Source: Octopus vulgaris (taxonomy: Eukaryota). From it: a stretch of DNA of 64,000 nucleotides. Within the stretch, counting starts at the first letter, position 1. Each line of letters starts with the position of its first letter. The notes under the pieces were generated by a model, which saw nothing but the letters and a program-made list of their open reading frames with translations, did not search any database and had not been told where the DNA came from. The position numbers and the translations under genes were made by a program. The stretch is from contig OX597814.1 in the NCBI GenBank assembly GCA_951406725.2, forward strand, positions 40,424,001 to 40,488,000, written 5' to 3'. Of the stretch, positions 14,813 through 30,149 are shown piece by piece.

Positions 14813-14879
14813 GCCCTTGCACAGATTCTAACGATGGAGATGCACAACAGTGTCAGCTGTTCACTACCAGTGAAATAAG

Positions 14880-15700
14880 GCTATTATTATTTTACTTTTT
14901 CATGGAAATTGGGTATCCTTAATCTGGTTGTTTCAGTGACAGCGGGTAAAAGGTTGTTGTTAGAGGTCTCACAATGTCCCTTTCCGCAAATTATAAACAA
15001 TGTTATGTGAACTAATAGTCTAAGCAACTAAACACCCAAACACCAATCTCAGAATCCTGCCTGTGCCCCTCTAGGGCAGATTTTGGGATTCCTTTGCTCT
15101 CATGTCAATTCCGATTTCTCAGAGCATGGTTGTTAATGCTCTGAGTGCCTCTACATCTATTAGGATAATAGGTGTTCTCCTGCCTGTGTTCATTCTTGCA
15201 ATTCCATCTTTTAGCTTTTGTATTTTACCAACTTTTCGAGCTTTTTGTCATCTACATGTGCATTCCCAGATATGGCAATGTATATGATCTCGATTTCCTA
15301 TTTTCCTTTTATCCACCACGACAATGCTTGTTCTCGGTGTATCGATTAGAGAATCATATTCGATTGTTAAATCCTACATTGAGTCGTCTGGTCCATGGTT
15401 GTACTATTTCCGTTCTGTGCCCACACAATATTTTCCTACAGTCTCCAGATAAAAGACTTAGCCACGTCATAGTACCTCCTTTTGTAGTGTCCAAGGGCCA
15501 ATTTGCTACACTCACTCACAGCATGTGAGATTGTTTCATTTATACTTCCTCACATCCTACAACTGGTTGATTCACTGTTCTTATATATTTGATTCACTGC
15601 TCAACAGTGCCTCAATGCATCCTTTCAGGTAATTTTTTTCTTGAACATCTCCAGGTGTTGATCTAGTCTCCGACTTTGATTTCTCTGAGTTACTGCCCTT
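14880..15700 (-). mobile_element. Decayed R4/Dong-type fragment (CCHC knuckle + RLE)
   Basis: CRM*GSINETISHAVSECSKLA..YKRR knuckle followed by a degraded endonuclease tail. Confidence 0.7.
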
Positions 15701-17111
15701 GAATTGTTTTTATTTGCCAATTGTTTATTATTTGTTCTTCATTTTGTTTGCTAAATGTTTTTGGGTATGTTACATTTGCGGTGTTTTTTTATTTTTAGCG
15801 TCCGCAAATTCTTATACTTGCGAGCACGTGTGTTTGTTTACATGTTTGTTTGCGTTGTTCTGTCTGTGTGTTTGCGTATGTGTGTCTGAGCGTTGTTATG
15901 TTTTTGTGCGTATATATTGGTATAGAGAGTTATCATCTAAAATAAATATTCAAAATCACATGTACTGAGACACACATCCTCCTATATAAACACAACAGAA
16001 TGCACATACGCGCAGATGCACACAAACGCTCTCACATCCATGCATACACCAACATGCGCCCCGAAACATGCATATATATTGTATACTTATAACAGCTATA
16101 GTATAATAAGTTTGAAGGTAGGAAGTATATTGAAACATCATAACATTTAATGTTTTTTGTCAAATATCTCACACAGTCAAAATACGCATTCAGCATTTCA
16201 TAAATCCGTTAGGCCTCCAAGATTAGCCAGAACTGAACCTCTAAATCATATAATTAGTACTTTACTAACCGCCCTGTGTGGATGTTAATTAATCCTGAGT
16301 TAGATATATATTCGACTGGGATGCATACCGCTATATTGCTGTTCAAATGAGAGTAGTTGTTTGAGTAATGGATCTCTAGATATTTTATCCATATTAAAAC
16401 ACATTAGAAGTATTAGGAATATGCAATTCGATTGGTTCAATTTTCGGTGCTTCATAGCTGTTCCTACAAATGTAGATAAAAATATGTATTTGTAATTAGG
16501 TAACGCGTTCCAAATATATAGAACATTTTTACATTGCTTCATGCAAAACATATATTTTACACCACGCTGAGAGCCTGACACTGAATACCTGGCATTACAA
16601 ATTATTAAATTATATTCTTACGCAGGCTTCACCCATAGTGCTCAGAAGTCATCGAAAATAACATACCTTTCCGCTTAGTGAATTATGATTTTTCCAAAGC
16701 AATGCTGCTTGTCATGACAGTTTTCACAGAGATTATGAAAACTAAAATCAATTGAGGTATATGTTACTATTATATCTCAAAAAAATAATAGCAATGTACA
16801 TTCTAACAAAATTGATGGGACACATTTCTAAATTATTGTGCTGAAACAATAGTCACATAACCTCAGTAAACAATGAGTGGCTTACCAAAGGAAAGAAGAG
16901 ACAAGAATTTTCGGATTGCAAATAATTTAAAATGCCAGATACCATTAAAGATATACATGCCAATATATACCTTTCCATAGTGATGAATGATCTTCCAGAT
17001 TTAGTTGTTTCGCTGTATCGTTGTTTGTTTGTATGTATGCGTGCATACATATATATGTGTGCATGTGTGAGTGTGCGCATTTGCGTGTAAGCACACACAC
17101 ACACACACACA

Positions 17112-17167
<56 letters not shown>

Positions 17168-17799
17168 AGATAGATAGATAGTTAAATAAATGTATGTATC
17201 ATTAACAAACGTATTTCAAGTATAGAGACGCAACTATAATACAGAATGTAGAATGGCAGCACATAATACAGAAATGCTAACAATACAAAGGTAAACCGCT
17301 ATTATAACCCAATTACGACTAACAACATACATCATATAATACGATATATATATTCTATACATTGAAAAGCTAAAGATGATAATGCAGCTCTCAAAATAGA
17401 AAGAAGTAATTGTTAATAAATATATTGCCAAACAAAGTGAACGTCGTAATAGCAAATTGAAATAATCGCCACGCTTTCCTAAACCGAACAGTTTCAGGGC
17501 AGTGATTTTGACCTCAAAATAGTCATCAAATAACTAATGCTTATTTATTAGATTGGATATGACTAAACCACGTTCAGAATTACAATAGCAGAACCGGCAA
17601 GAATATTTGCTGTCTTCTAAATAGGTTTCATTGCTTTGTGGAAACTTAATAATAGGTAGATAAACAATTCACTATCGTTTGTTAAGAATGAAACAAAAAC
17701 AGTTCAGCCTGTGGTTATATATGGGGAAGCGTATAAATGTTCTTTGTGTGCTGTAGATACGCATATTCATATGTACACCTGTGAATACACATACATATA

Positions 17800-17843
<44 letters not shown>

Positions 17844-17949
17844 CATATGTGTATACATATATATATGCATATGTATATGTATACATATAAACACACACAA
17901 ACACACACACACACACATGCACACACACATACACACACACACACACACG

Positions 17950-18002
<53 letters not shown>

Positions 18003-18793
18003 TTTGGGGTCTGTATGTGCATGCGTTTGTGTGCATACATTTTTCTATGTGTATATTTCAAAGGATAGGTCTAAGTTTATAGATAACTTTAAATAATTCC
18101 ATCTAGAAATATAGGTATTTATCTATGTGTATAAGCATATATCATTTCATAACACACACATACACACACACACACATACACACTCACACACACACACAGT
18201 CACACACACACATACATATATAATCGGTCCAGTGTTTGTATCACAGGGATATTTGCTTCTCTAAATAACTTTAAATGGTATACATGCTTCAGAACATTCA
18301 GAGAAATTTATAACGTTAAATGTTTACGAGCTTCATGTTCACACATTATAGCATTTCACTTAGGTGAAAAGTTGATTAATCCAAACAAATCAAAACCATG
18401 AGATAATGTTGTATGATACTGATTTATAATGGATCATATAAGGTTGGTCAACAGCTAATAAGATGTATTCGATTTTTTAAATCTCTTGAAGCAGAAAACC
18501 ACATGAAATGATTTTTCCCTGTTTTAAAGTCGAAAGCATTGACGTATGAAGCATTCTAGTTTGACTTAATTTCGTAAATGCTATTTCGAGATACCTTGAT
18601 TTCAAAAAAGTTTTATGGAGTCACTGCTAAACACTAAGGATTTACTTTTCAAAATCAGAAATTCCTTTTAATATTCTATCACGAAAATTGCTTAGTTAAC
18701 AGAAGTGGAAACTTCAAAACACGGAAACAAAATACTTTATATATAATATATGAAACACACATATACGTGCACGCCTGTGTATTTCTCCCCACC

Positions 18794-18832
<39 letters not shown>

Positions 18833-18881
18833 GAGAGAGAGAGAGAGAGAGAGATATATACATACATATATATATATATAT

Positions 18882-19105
18882 ATTTTGACCAAGACACTTT
18901 ATTTCACGTTGCTTCAGTTCACTCACCTGTAGAAATGAGTTAAGACGTCACATTTGCTGTTCCTTTTGATAAAATCGGTGGCATAGCATAGCGAGAGGAG
19001 GCTGGTACACATGGGCGACTGACGGTTAGAGGAGATGCCATCTAGGCGTTAAAAAAACATGCGGTAAAGTCCGTTCGAATGGTCAGTCATGTTGAATTGG
19101 CTAGA
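18882..19105 (+). mobile_element. 5'-truncated SINE (family whose head is at 50078-50172)
   Basis: ttgaccaagacactttatttcacgttg matches ttgagcaagacactttatttcacatg at 50148-50173. Confidence 0.65.
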
Positions 19106-20665
19106 AACTATATATATATTATGTTGACTGACATGAAATGTATTTGAAATGGATTTCTTATGAGTCATCTATAAATGTATTTTCATGAGTTTCTATGTAT
19201 ATGCATGTGTTTACTCTTAACTCCTTTTGTTTCTAGACAATACTATTATTCAAAGTTGGTACCCACAGATCTCATGATAACGTTAACACACACACACATG
19301 CACATGCACGCACGCACACACGCATGTACATGCGCACGCGAACACACACAATTATACATGTTCACACATACATACATATATGTATGTATATCTGATATGT
19401 TGACGAATACAAGTTTATATCTGATACTCATTTACAATACTCTATTTGACCTTTGGAATTTCTATCTTCTCTATGTGTATCTATGCTTCTCTTTCATTAG
19501 GAAAACCTAATACGCATTATGTTTCTCTCTGGTTAACTTGGTCAAACTTCTCACAAAAAATATCGTTCTCTCTTGCTTCCAATAGACGTTCAGGCCTTCT
19601 GTGTTTGAATGATCCAACCAATGCTATGCATTTCTTTTATCTATATCAATCCTCTCTTACTACCCAGAATCTGATTGTAACCCTTTTCCACAAATACTTT
19701 CTATTTTCCTATAATTATGATTCTATAACTTAGATTATTCTATATATGTTTTTTGCGAACTAAAAGTAGTAAAGATTTGCATTCACATTCAATGTTTAAT
19801 TAATTAAGGCCTACAATTTAATCTGTTTTCAGTTGACTTCGATACCATGAACAATGCAGCACTCTCTCCATATATTTCTTTGTTTCCTTCCAGTGAAAAA
19901 ATCTACATATTTAACAATGGTCACGTCTTTGTCCTAATGATGGACATATCTCCGATTTCTTGACACCACTAGGGTCATCGACCGTTCTATACTCATCAAG
20001 TTCTTGAAATCCTCATTCTCCGGTGAAATACAATGATATTTGTATCTCTGCTTCTCTGTAATTCAAGAGAAAGGAAGGAAAACTAGCCAACTATTGTAAT
20101 CATTCGTAAAGTCTTCTATAGATATCTTCTTCCTCCGTGATCATCAGGAAGAATTATGCATAAACACATGCACTGAAGATATACTCTCTTATAATAGTAA
20201 CGATTGATACTTTCTTTGAAACATCTGAAGGTTTTGAAGTTTGTTTGCATTCTCTCGGATGTGAAGGCATATGCATGTATGCATGCAAGTTTACATATGT
20301 TTATATAAATACAAACACACACGCACGGACACACACACATGTTTTTTCAGCAAGTCTCATATGAAATAATTTTTTGCTTTAATCTATCTAGGGAGTAAAT
20401 GGTTTTGATTTACTGTCAGGTAAATGTTGGCAAACCTGTATATATGTAGATATAATATACATATATATGTGTGCATGTCTGTATGCGTATATGCATGTGT
20501 TTATGTGTGTGTGTGTATATGTGTATAGACAGATTGATAGATATAGATATATTAATCGTAGGTTACAACATTATATACATTTCACAGCCGATCTCAGTAG
20601 TCGATTTCACACTAGGGGTTCAACCGACTAGGTAACCTTGCGCTCTTGAGAGGTAGCCGTTATAT

Positions 20666-20733
<68 letters not shown>

Positions 20734-20752
20734 TTGTATATATGTATATATT

Positions 20753-21743
20753 CACTGTGCGTAAGGTTTTTGGGGACATACTTTCTGGGGGCATTGCTGC
20801 ATATTTCGCTAAGTCAGTACAGTCTTATCAGAAAATGCTAATGCCGCACTCTCAGCTTAATCAAGAAATGAGTCAGAAGGAACAGTCAGAAATGTTGCCC
20901 ACAAAGACATCAGATAGAAGTCTCATATGATGAGGGAAGGTCAATTTGTCTGCAAAAGCAAAAGAAAATCATTACATCATATCTAAAAGGCTCTTAAACA
21001 AACTGAAAAATCTAGCAGAAAAAGATTTGATTTGGTTCTTCTGAAACGAGAAATACTTCGACCAAGATGAAAAGTGAACGGAAATTAGTGACAAATATTT
21101 ATGTGAAGACTCTTCTGATGTTCCAAGTGTTATCATGCAAAATGTCCTGCAACTGTCATGGTTTTAGAGGTTATCAGCAATGAAAGACATGTGATACCTC
21201 CTTAATTCTTTCTACAAGGTCTTACAGTTAACACTGCGTCAACATTGAGATCCTGGAAATAATTGTTAAGCCCTGCATAGACAATACATGCAATGGAAGG
21301 CCATACGTATTTCAGTAAGTCTCTGAACTATCACACATTGCTCTAGTAACACAGGAATGAATGGCTGAAAATATTCATGATCACAAAACCCGTAACATTT
21401 GGCCTCCTACTTCCCCATGTATCAATCCATTGGACTATTACATGTGGAGCGTTGTTGAGAGAGGCCAATGAACACGCTCGTAAATCCAAAGATTTTTTGA
21501 AAGTTGCTTTAGTCAGAGTATTGTCCAAAATGTACCATGACCACTTGATTCCTGAATGTAGATAATTTAGATCTAATATAGAAACAACTGTTGAAGCTGA
21601 ATGTAGTTTTATTGAATAACATTTTAGAAAAGGTTTATTTTTATCTTCATAGGGTTTTGTGCTAAATAAAGTTATCATCTGTTTTTCTATATCTGTTTAT
21701 TTTTATAAATATAAATATGTCCTCAAATATCTTGCGCAACTTG
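20753..21743 (+). mobile_element. Tc1/mariner (maT/DD37D-like) element, transposase pseudogene
   Basis: Imperfect TIRs (tgcgtaaggtttttggggacata / tatgtcctcaaatatcttgcgca). Readings: KRLLNKLKN..WFF*NEKYFDQ, GRPYVFQ*, IWPPTSPCINPLDYYMWSVVER, FRSNIETTVEAECSFIE*. Confidence 0.85.
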
Positions 21744-21776
<33 letters not shown>

Positions 21777-22329
21777 TATGCATGAACATATACGTATGTG
21801 TATGATAGAGTGCCTGTGTGTTTATCTATATGCGTTTTATGATTTTTCCTCTGCTTCGTCTTCACTTAACTCTTTCTGTTGAAACAATGATTTTTATATC
21901 TCCACATTCTTTAGTCAGTATTTTCTACTAACTACATGATTAATGGTTAAAATTATTCCTATTTACTGATTTTTCTTTCAAACCAAAAAACAGTACATAG
22001 TACGTTTCCTCTGGCACTAATTTATGCTAGCCATCGTGTCAACAAAATTGTACGTTTCCTTACTTATCCTGATTCCCACTGTTAGTCGTTAGCTCACACG
22101 ATTTCCCACCTTTACGAGCATTATGTCATATAGTCTACTGAACACCTATAACTGTCTTGTGATCATTTCATTAGGTCTTCGAAAATATTTCGGATGTATA
22201 ATTGACATCTGATGAAAGGCGACTTCCTTTCATATCTCATTTTTTTTAGTGTTCTTTGTTTATTTTACAGTAGTAATCTAAACATCTAATTTCTATTTTT
22301 TTCTCCGTTTCATCATGTGATGAAATATG

Positions 22330-22800
22330 TGGATAGATTATATATACCCCGGGTCAGATTGTTTGACATTAGGCAACAATTTTATTAGTTTGCTTTGTTA
22401 CTGTGTGAGATCGTCTACGATGTTTCAAATTTCCTTAATTAATATTTGTTATTTCTGTCACTTTCGGCAATATCACATTCGTGGCAAGTTTATTTCTAAA
22501 CTTCCGTTTTTGAATATATTTTTTTCATTCTTCGAAACGTTGCAAAGATGTTGCTATCGTTGTTGCCTAATACTCGGTTAATAACCATACGGTGTTTCTT
22601 ACATCACATATATTTTGTGAAAACTTATATTTTACCGGGAGTTGATCGTTGATAATTCCCTTTCCACAATTACTCAACAAGTATTATCTATTAGCCGAAA
22701 TCAACAGAATAATTATAGTCTATATTATGGGGTAGGTATATCTACCGCGCAGGCAACACATATATCATTATTTTCCAATTTATGTTTACTGATTTTTGCC
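22330..22800 (-). mobile_element. Possible very decayed Penelope GIY-YIG region
   Basis: Only scattered similarity to the YIG/KQRF/WxI/CxLC pattern across frameshifts. Confidence 0.25.
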
Positions 22801-24674
22801 AGGGAATATAAAAACCTCATACGCAGATAGAAGGTTTCCAAGTGATATTCGCTGATTACCTGGTTTGGCTGATATATAAAATGTAAGGAAAAAACACATA
22901 TTGTAAGGAATACATTAAATAAATATTCTTATTGGATTTTTGATTCGTTATCTACTACACAAACCACCAATGGCAACTCAAATATTTACGTTTCTTAGCA
23001 TGTATATTACACTTAATGCGTATATCTTTTCAAGATACGAATTTTAAGAAGATTAGCATGCAACACAAATGGATTTAAATGTACTTATGTCACTCGATTC
23101 GAAGTATGTTTATTGTATAATAAAGAATCAAATAAATAGCTATGAACACAAAAGGTTTGGAAACATTTACCATTACAGAAACCATTAGAAAATTAGTGCT
23201 GTTACATTTATCATGCTACATGCAGAATTGGGTTTCTAGAATCCATGTCAAACAGATTACCGTTTAAAAAGTGAAGAATGGACCCGATTATTGAGGTAGA
23301 ACATTATATCTTAAGCTCAAAATTATGCCAGTCAAATTTCCCATGGACATTATCTAAACTAAGAGCGCAAAGATACTGACAAAATACCGCATAAACAAAT
23401 GTACGCGAGTCTCTATCTTTCATAGTGCAACATGTGTTTGTCTCTGTTCCTTATGTGAGTGCTTCTATGTGTGTCTGTGTATAAGTTTCTCTGAAACCAA
23501 TGATATCATTTCACCATTGCCATCATCATTGTATTTGTCGTAATCGCTGCTACTGCCGCAGTCATCGTTGTCCTTTTTCCCCGCTTCACTCTTTTTATCA
23601 TCATTTATTTCCAAACATGATTCTAATAGTTTATGCCCGGTTTTTAACGCTACTATTCTAAGCGATAACCGAACAGGTGAACCCAGCATATATCTTACGT
23701 AAGAGGATTATAACGATTTGAAACGATTTGTATGATATAATAATAGAAATCGAGAGATTCAATGGTTTACACTTCTTCTTAAATCACAACTTAAATCACT
23801 CCCCAAGTTCTTCTTATATTGCAAAGACTAATTTTCTATTCCAGTGTAATTCTAACTCAATATTTAATACTTCAACACTAAAGTTCTTACGCAAATACAC
23901 CCTCTAGAATTAATGATCGCGGTTTCTGACAGAGAGAAACTAGGTTATATCCTTACATACTCTTAACAATAGTCCTACAAACCCTGAGTAGAGTATTTTT
24001 CCTGATATTGATCTTATTGTAACTGATACCAACATTATTAACTTCTAAAAACAATACCACTAATCCCATTCGTACTAATAATCTGAATGAAGCCGTAGAT
24101 AGATTTAAAAATAGAAATAAACTTCACCATGGTAGCTACTGCAACAACACTACTAGTACCTCAACCACACACATGTATGTGCATGTTTATGCGTGTGTAT
24201 ATATATATATATGTAGTGTACGTTAACACGTATATTCATACATCCGTTATTTACGGTCTATACATTTGAGGAAGTTAATGCAAAAAGAAAACAAATCATT
24301 TCTCAGACCTAGTCCAATGTATTTGATTTCTATTTGAGAACAATTACTGATTTCTTTAAATTCAAAATTGATTATCAGATAGTTCAAAAACTACATATAT
24401 TTATGAAAATACATTATTATGAGAGGTACCTACATGTCAACGTATTATAATGGAATGATGTCTTCATAAGTGACAGAAACTAATGTTACTTAAATTCATG
24501 TGTACACACAGACACACATATACATACATACATATATATATATAAATATATATTAATTCAAGAAAGTGTCATTAACCTGATTTCTGTAGTTTTTCACCGG
24601 TGTATTTTTTGGCGATTTAATAAAAGATTTGACTGTTATTTCAAGCAGGTTGACATACCTAGTATGTCTTTTGA

Positions 24675-24768
<94 letters not shown>

Positions 24769-24958
24769 TATATATATACACGCACATAATAGTGCAATGT
24801 AAATAGACTTTATGCTTGTAATTTACTTAGTTGGTAACGTTTCTTTATTTTTATTATTAAGGCAAGCTGCATATAGTTTAACTATCTGATACAGAAAAAT
24901 CTATATTGATTGTATAATATTTTATAAGCGAGGCGAAATGTATATTTTACTGTTGCTA

Positions 24959-25292
24959 GTCTTCTTCTTCTTCTTCTTCTTCTTCTTCTTCTTCTTCTTC
25001 TTCTTCTTCTTCTTCTTCTTCTTCTTCTTCTTCTTCTTCTTCTTCTTCTTCTTCTTCTTCTTCTTCTTCTTGTGCTGCTTCTTTTTCTTGTCACCCTCCT
25101 TTTTCTCCTCCTTATTCTTCTTTTTCTTTCCTCCTCCTTCTTCTCCTTCTCTTTTTTCTTTTCCTCCTCGTTTTTCTCCTTCCCCTTCTTCTTCTTCTTC
25201 TTCTTCTTCTTCTTCTTCTTTTCCTCCTCCTTCTTCTCCTTCTTCTTCTCCTTCTCCATCTTCTTCTTTTTCTTCCTCTTCTCCTCCCTCTT
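24959..25292. repeat. (TTC)n microsatellite and adjoining pyrimidine tract
   Basis: ~110 bp of pure (TTC)n followed by degenerate TTC/CTC repeats. Confidence 0.95.
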
Positions 25293-26325
25293 CTAATTAT
25301 TATTATTGTTATGAATACTTTACACAGTATGGTATGAAATATTTTTTCATATTTGTTTCTTCAAGCTAAACGCAAAACATAACAAAGAATTATATGCAGA
25401 TTTACCTGTCCACAATGTAAAACGTTACAAGGAGCGCAGTGTTTTGGTGCACATATGTATCAGTCAGCCAAGTCATACTTCTTTCTTGATGGAGTATATA
25501 GGGTTTCCTATATACAGAGTAATATTTTCCTATATAAAATGTAACATTTTCACAAAAATATGTCTATTTACATTCTTGTGGTATTGAAATTCGTGCTGCA
25601 TTGGCCACAACTAGTCATAATAGATATAATTACTTCACATTCAATTTCGTGTGAGGCTTCTAATTTTCAGTTAATAATCTTCAGTCACCTGATGTTATGC
25701 CGTTTCCAGTTAATGCTAGTCCAAATACGTCACTATCATTCAAATGGAAGAAGAGATGGCGAGCAACTAGAAACAATAGAAGCTGGGGAAAATCCCTGAT
25801 GAGGTTAGTTTTGGAGTCTATGTAGTGGGTTCAAATCCTGCCGAGGCATACTTTACATTATGGTTGTACAGACTAAAGTACCAGTTTGGTTACAGATTGT
25901 TTACAGAATAAACCAGTTTGGTTGCAGACTAACGTACCAGTATTTGGGCTGATCATATTGTCAATCAACATAATCTTTCTCTCAAAGATATTTAGCGTTT
26001 TGATTAAATTATCATTATCGTCGTCGTCAACATCACCACAATCACTACTACCACCACCACGACCAACACAACCGCGACCAACACCACCATGACCAACACC
26101 CCCACCACTATCATCATCATCATCATCATCATCGCAACCACCATCACCAATGCCACCATAGCGCTCTTCCATTGCCATCATCAACATTGCTACTGCCCAA
26201 ATAATCATAACATTCTCGCTTCTTTTCCACCTCATCAGTATCCCTATAGTCGTGTCCCCAACTCTACCTATCAATTTATCTTCACACACACGCACATAAA
26301 AAGAGACGCACACACAAATATGCAT

Positions 26326-26708
26326 GAGGCGCAGGCGTGGCTATATAGTAAAATGTTTGCTACACGATTACGTGGTTCTATGTTCAGTCCCAGTACGTGG
26401 CAATTTGCCAAGTGTTTTCTACTATAAACTCGGAGTCACGAAAGCCTGTGAGTGCATTTGGCGGACGTAAATTGAAGGAAGTTCGTAGTATCTATGTGTG
26501 CGTGCGCGCGCGTCTTTGTTTCCATGTTTATCCTCCATTCTGTTTGGCAACTGGTGTTGGTGTGTTTAGGTCCCCATAACTTTGTGCTTCGGCAGACGTG
26601 ACAGCTGAATTTTGTACTGAATTTTTAAAAATATGTCCCTGAGCCGATTTGTTCAAGGTGTTGCTCTAAAATGGCCGCATGCAACCGAGTGAAGCAAGTT
26701 AAATAATA
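26326..26708 (+). mobile_element. Full-length decayed tRNA-derived SINE
   Basis: Head ggcgcaggcgtggctatatagtaa (box A-like) and gttcagtccc (box B-like), internal TG tract, tail ..atggccgca..tgaagcaag. Confidence 0.75.
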
Positions 26709-26710
26709 GG

Positions 26711-26833
<123 letters not shown>

Positions 26834-26852
26834 CACATACATATATATATAT

Positions 26853-27018
26853 CGCCATGATTGTTCGTTAGCCACTATACACATTTTTTCTCACCTTGTT
26901 TTTTTCTGTGTCCCTTTCTGTAGAAGAGCGTAAAATACTTTTTTCTATTCCTGAGCGTTATACTAATACATCTGTTTGTTTTGTACACCACCTGTCTTCG
27001 TCTTTTGTTATTTTTCGT

Positions 27019-27022
<4 letters not shown>
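26853..27022 (+). mobile_element. Short pLTR-like repeat in microsatellite (family of 39712-39935 and 50172-50305)
   Basis: Shared cctttctgtagaagagcgta and cctgagcgttatactaatacatctgtttgt blocks. Confidence 0.75.
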
Positions 27023-27099
<77 letters not shown>

Positions 27100-27951
27100 C
27101 GTTGTGTCTATCTATCACTTTGTGCAATTATAACTCGAGTATCGTTCCTCTGATTATGCTGAAATATAAAACATGGATATATGAGAGAGCGGGGCATTCC
27201 GTAAACTAACACAGTTTCGAAATAGTTAGTTTCAAGGTGAGAATCGCTATTTTTGTAATCTATTTGTCCTGGTTGTTCCCACATTAAAACCACCCTGTTG
27301 CTCACACAGCCGATACATACAATTTCGCTAGCAGGAAGGGGAGTACAGAAAGACAGCCAACCAAAGCTGTCGCTATGCTGTCTCTCTTATGACGTCCAAT
27401 TCTACTTGAAGTTTTATAAATATAGTGCTATGATTCATTATCAATAAATTATCCATATTTGAAGAAACAATCAACAGTAAACCTCACACAGGATCGCCAA
27501 ATATTTCCACAACTTAACACCATCCAAATTAACCCTGACATGAAATTCTACGCAAAAAAGAGAACAAAATTTATTATTATTAAAACGCTTAAAAGTTTTG
27601 GGTTAATAATCTTTAGTTACAGTTTCTCATCCAAACTACATAATAGGCAGAATTCTCGGATTAAGGCAGTAGGGTTTTTTGAGGGAGATTTGGCTGCTAT
27701 TTCTCCCAGGTCTAGCTACTATGTAGATGTCTCTCATTGGCTCATACATACATAAAATCGAAATAAAATACTTAAAGTAACAGTCGTCTTATACAAAAGC
27801 CAAGGTACATGCAGTATCATGGCCCAAAAAAATTCCAGCTTCTTGCCTAATGCTGGCCCAGAGCAATCTACTACATCTTATACTATTTCGGAATTACGTA
27901 TCTGTGGTAATGTGAGATAAAACTTTCAGTTTGAAAGATGTCTGTCCTATG

Positions 27952-27998
<47 letters not shown>

Positions 27999-28742
27999 TT
28001 TATGCATTCCAAAACCGTGTTACAGATTTTCCCGTATGGGGTATAAAGAGATTCAGTACTATTTCGGTTACTAATTAAACTTAATTTCCATTCACATATT
28101 TGCATTGCAAAAATTTTACGTAATAATCTTTTCCATGAATCAACTATCATAGAAATGCTATACGATGACGTTACATTTTCAAATGAAACAAATATGTGCA
28201 GCGCATGGGATCAGGTAATCAGGTAACCACTTATGCAAATTCTAGAAGTCCCTTCCATAAAGTCAAAGGATTTTCTGAACAATACAAGACCACACAACGC
28301 TGCATGTCAAAGGACATCGTTTGGTGCATCTAAGAAGATCGATAAACATGAATTTCTGCCGACGTCAACGTTCATGGGCAAGTCTATCACCATATTTTCC
28401 CCTGTTACCCACAAATGTACAACCACAGTTCCTCCAAATTTACTTTATGAGTGAAGTAGGAGAAGAAATCCGACGGTAGTGTCAAAATTGCAGATGATGG
28501 GTCGTGTTAGACACAGCGCCGACTGCTGCAAAAGAGAGTATATCTCCTGACAGCTATTCGGCCGTTCAAAAATCACATAACCCCACCTCCAATCTTCCAT
28601 GACAGGTTAGGGCCCAAAACACTCCAAACGGATGCATAGCATGTTGCTTAGACGAATTAGCCAAGTATTTTCTCCACAAATGTTTTGTTGTCAATGCTGC
28701 ACTTTCCCATATTACCAGTTTCTAACTAACTGTTATATATTA

Positions 28743-29379
28743 CTAGCAGTATCGCCCGGCGTTGCTCGGGTTTGTAAGGGAAATAACTATATAAGCATTT
28801 TTAGAGAGTTATAGCCAAAAAATAGCAAAAAATGCATTAAAAATGGAAAAAATATGATGGTAATTTTTTTTTAAATCGTTGACTCATCGTAGACATTTTT
28901 AGAGAGTTACTTCCCTTATATAATAGAGAAAAAAATGCATTAAAATGGAAAAAAAACGATGGTAATTTTTTTTTTTAATCGTAGACTCATGTAGACGCTT
29001 TCTTAGCCATTTCTGTTTTGGTGTCTTCAAGCCATGAAGTCGTTGTTCTAAAAGAACACTGGTCTCCTTGACAACGCATTACGACGTTGATTTCCTTACA
29101 CTCCCTTCCCCACAGGTGCAGGTGTGAGCGTGAACGCTAACTCCGCCGCCATCGACACACGAAAAATTATGCATTAAAATGGAATAAAAAATGATGTTAA
29201 ACTATTTTTAAAATCGTAGACTCCTTGTAGACGCGCGCTAATATTCAGACGGGCTCGATATGAATCACGACTATAAGCTACCCGAATTTGGTTAAACTGT
29301 ACAGCAAAATGTGGGAGTAGTTAGGAATCTAAATCGAAGGGGACAGACACTCACACAACTACAGTTTTATATATATAGA
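28743..29379 (-). mobile_element. Complete non-autonomous Helitron (~637 bp)
   Basis: Minus strand: A|TCTATATATATAAAACTG ... CCCGAGCAACGCCGGG hairpin ... CTAG|T; no TSD; three internal repeats of atgcattaaaatggaa..gatg..aaatcgtagactc. Confidence 0.85.
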
Positions 29380-29399
29380 TATACATAGCGCAGTAGTGG

Positions 29400-29790
29400 T
29401 GAGATATGACAGCAAAGAAAAGCATATATTCACTCTCTGCATGCAATTAGACTCGGAAAGTTCGTGAGGAACCCATTGACCCAATTTGCTGACTTTTCCG
29501 ATAGCACACATGTGTCAATGAATGGTTGAATGACCAAATCCAAGCTTCTCTGCTAGTTCCTCAACAGTTACGATGATATTTTGTTCCACCAGGGTTTTCA
29601 GGATGTCCTTGTCGAGTTCTACAGATCTTTCAGGATGAGGCTCGTCTTCTAGGCTGTAGTTTATGGCTCGGGATTTCTGGAACCACCATTGACACTGCCT
29701 TACGCTTATTGTCCAATCCCCATATACTGCATTAATATTTCTTGTACTTTGCACACATTTATATTCTGTTATTGTTTTATATGTTTCAGC
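29400..29790 (-). mobile_element. Mos1-like mariner transposase N-terminal fragment
   Basis: RNINAVYGDWTISVRQCQWWFQK..SLEDEPHPERSVELD..TVEELAEKLGFGHSTIH*..GKVSKLGQWVPHEL. Confidence 0.85.
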
Positions 29791-29814
29791 CTTGAGGTTG
29801 TGGCCATGCTGGAT

Positions 29815-29849
<35 letters not shown>

Positions 29850-29953
29850 CTGTCTGTTTGTCTGTATGTATATATGTATATGTATGTGTGTGAACAATAA
29901 TATTTTCAACAGATGTGTTGCAAATGTATCTGATTGTTCTCAAGCTTCAATAC

Positions 29954-29990
<37 letters not shown>

Positions 29991-30069
29991 ATATGTATGT
30001 ATGTATGTATATGTTTGTATGTATGTATGTGTGAATGTATGTATGTGTGTGTATGTATGTGTGTGTGTA

Positions 30070-30102
<33 letters not shown>

Positions 30103-30149
30103 ATGTATGTATGTATGTATGTATGTATGTATGTATGTATGAGTGTAAG

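Noticed and set aside
28150-28660. Possible Tc1 transposase remnant (GGGVM on the minus strand)
   Set aside because: Single short motif; the other catalytic motifs are not recoverable.
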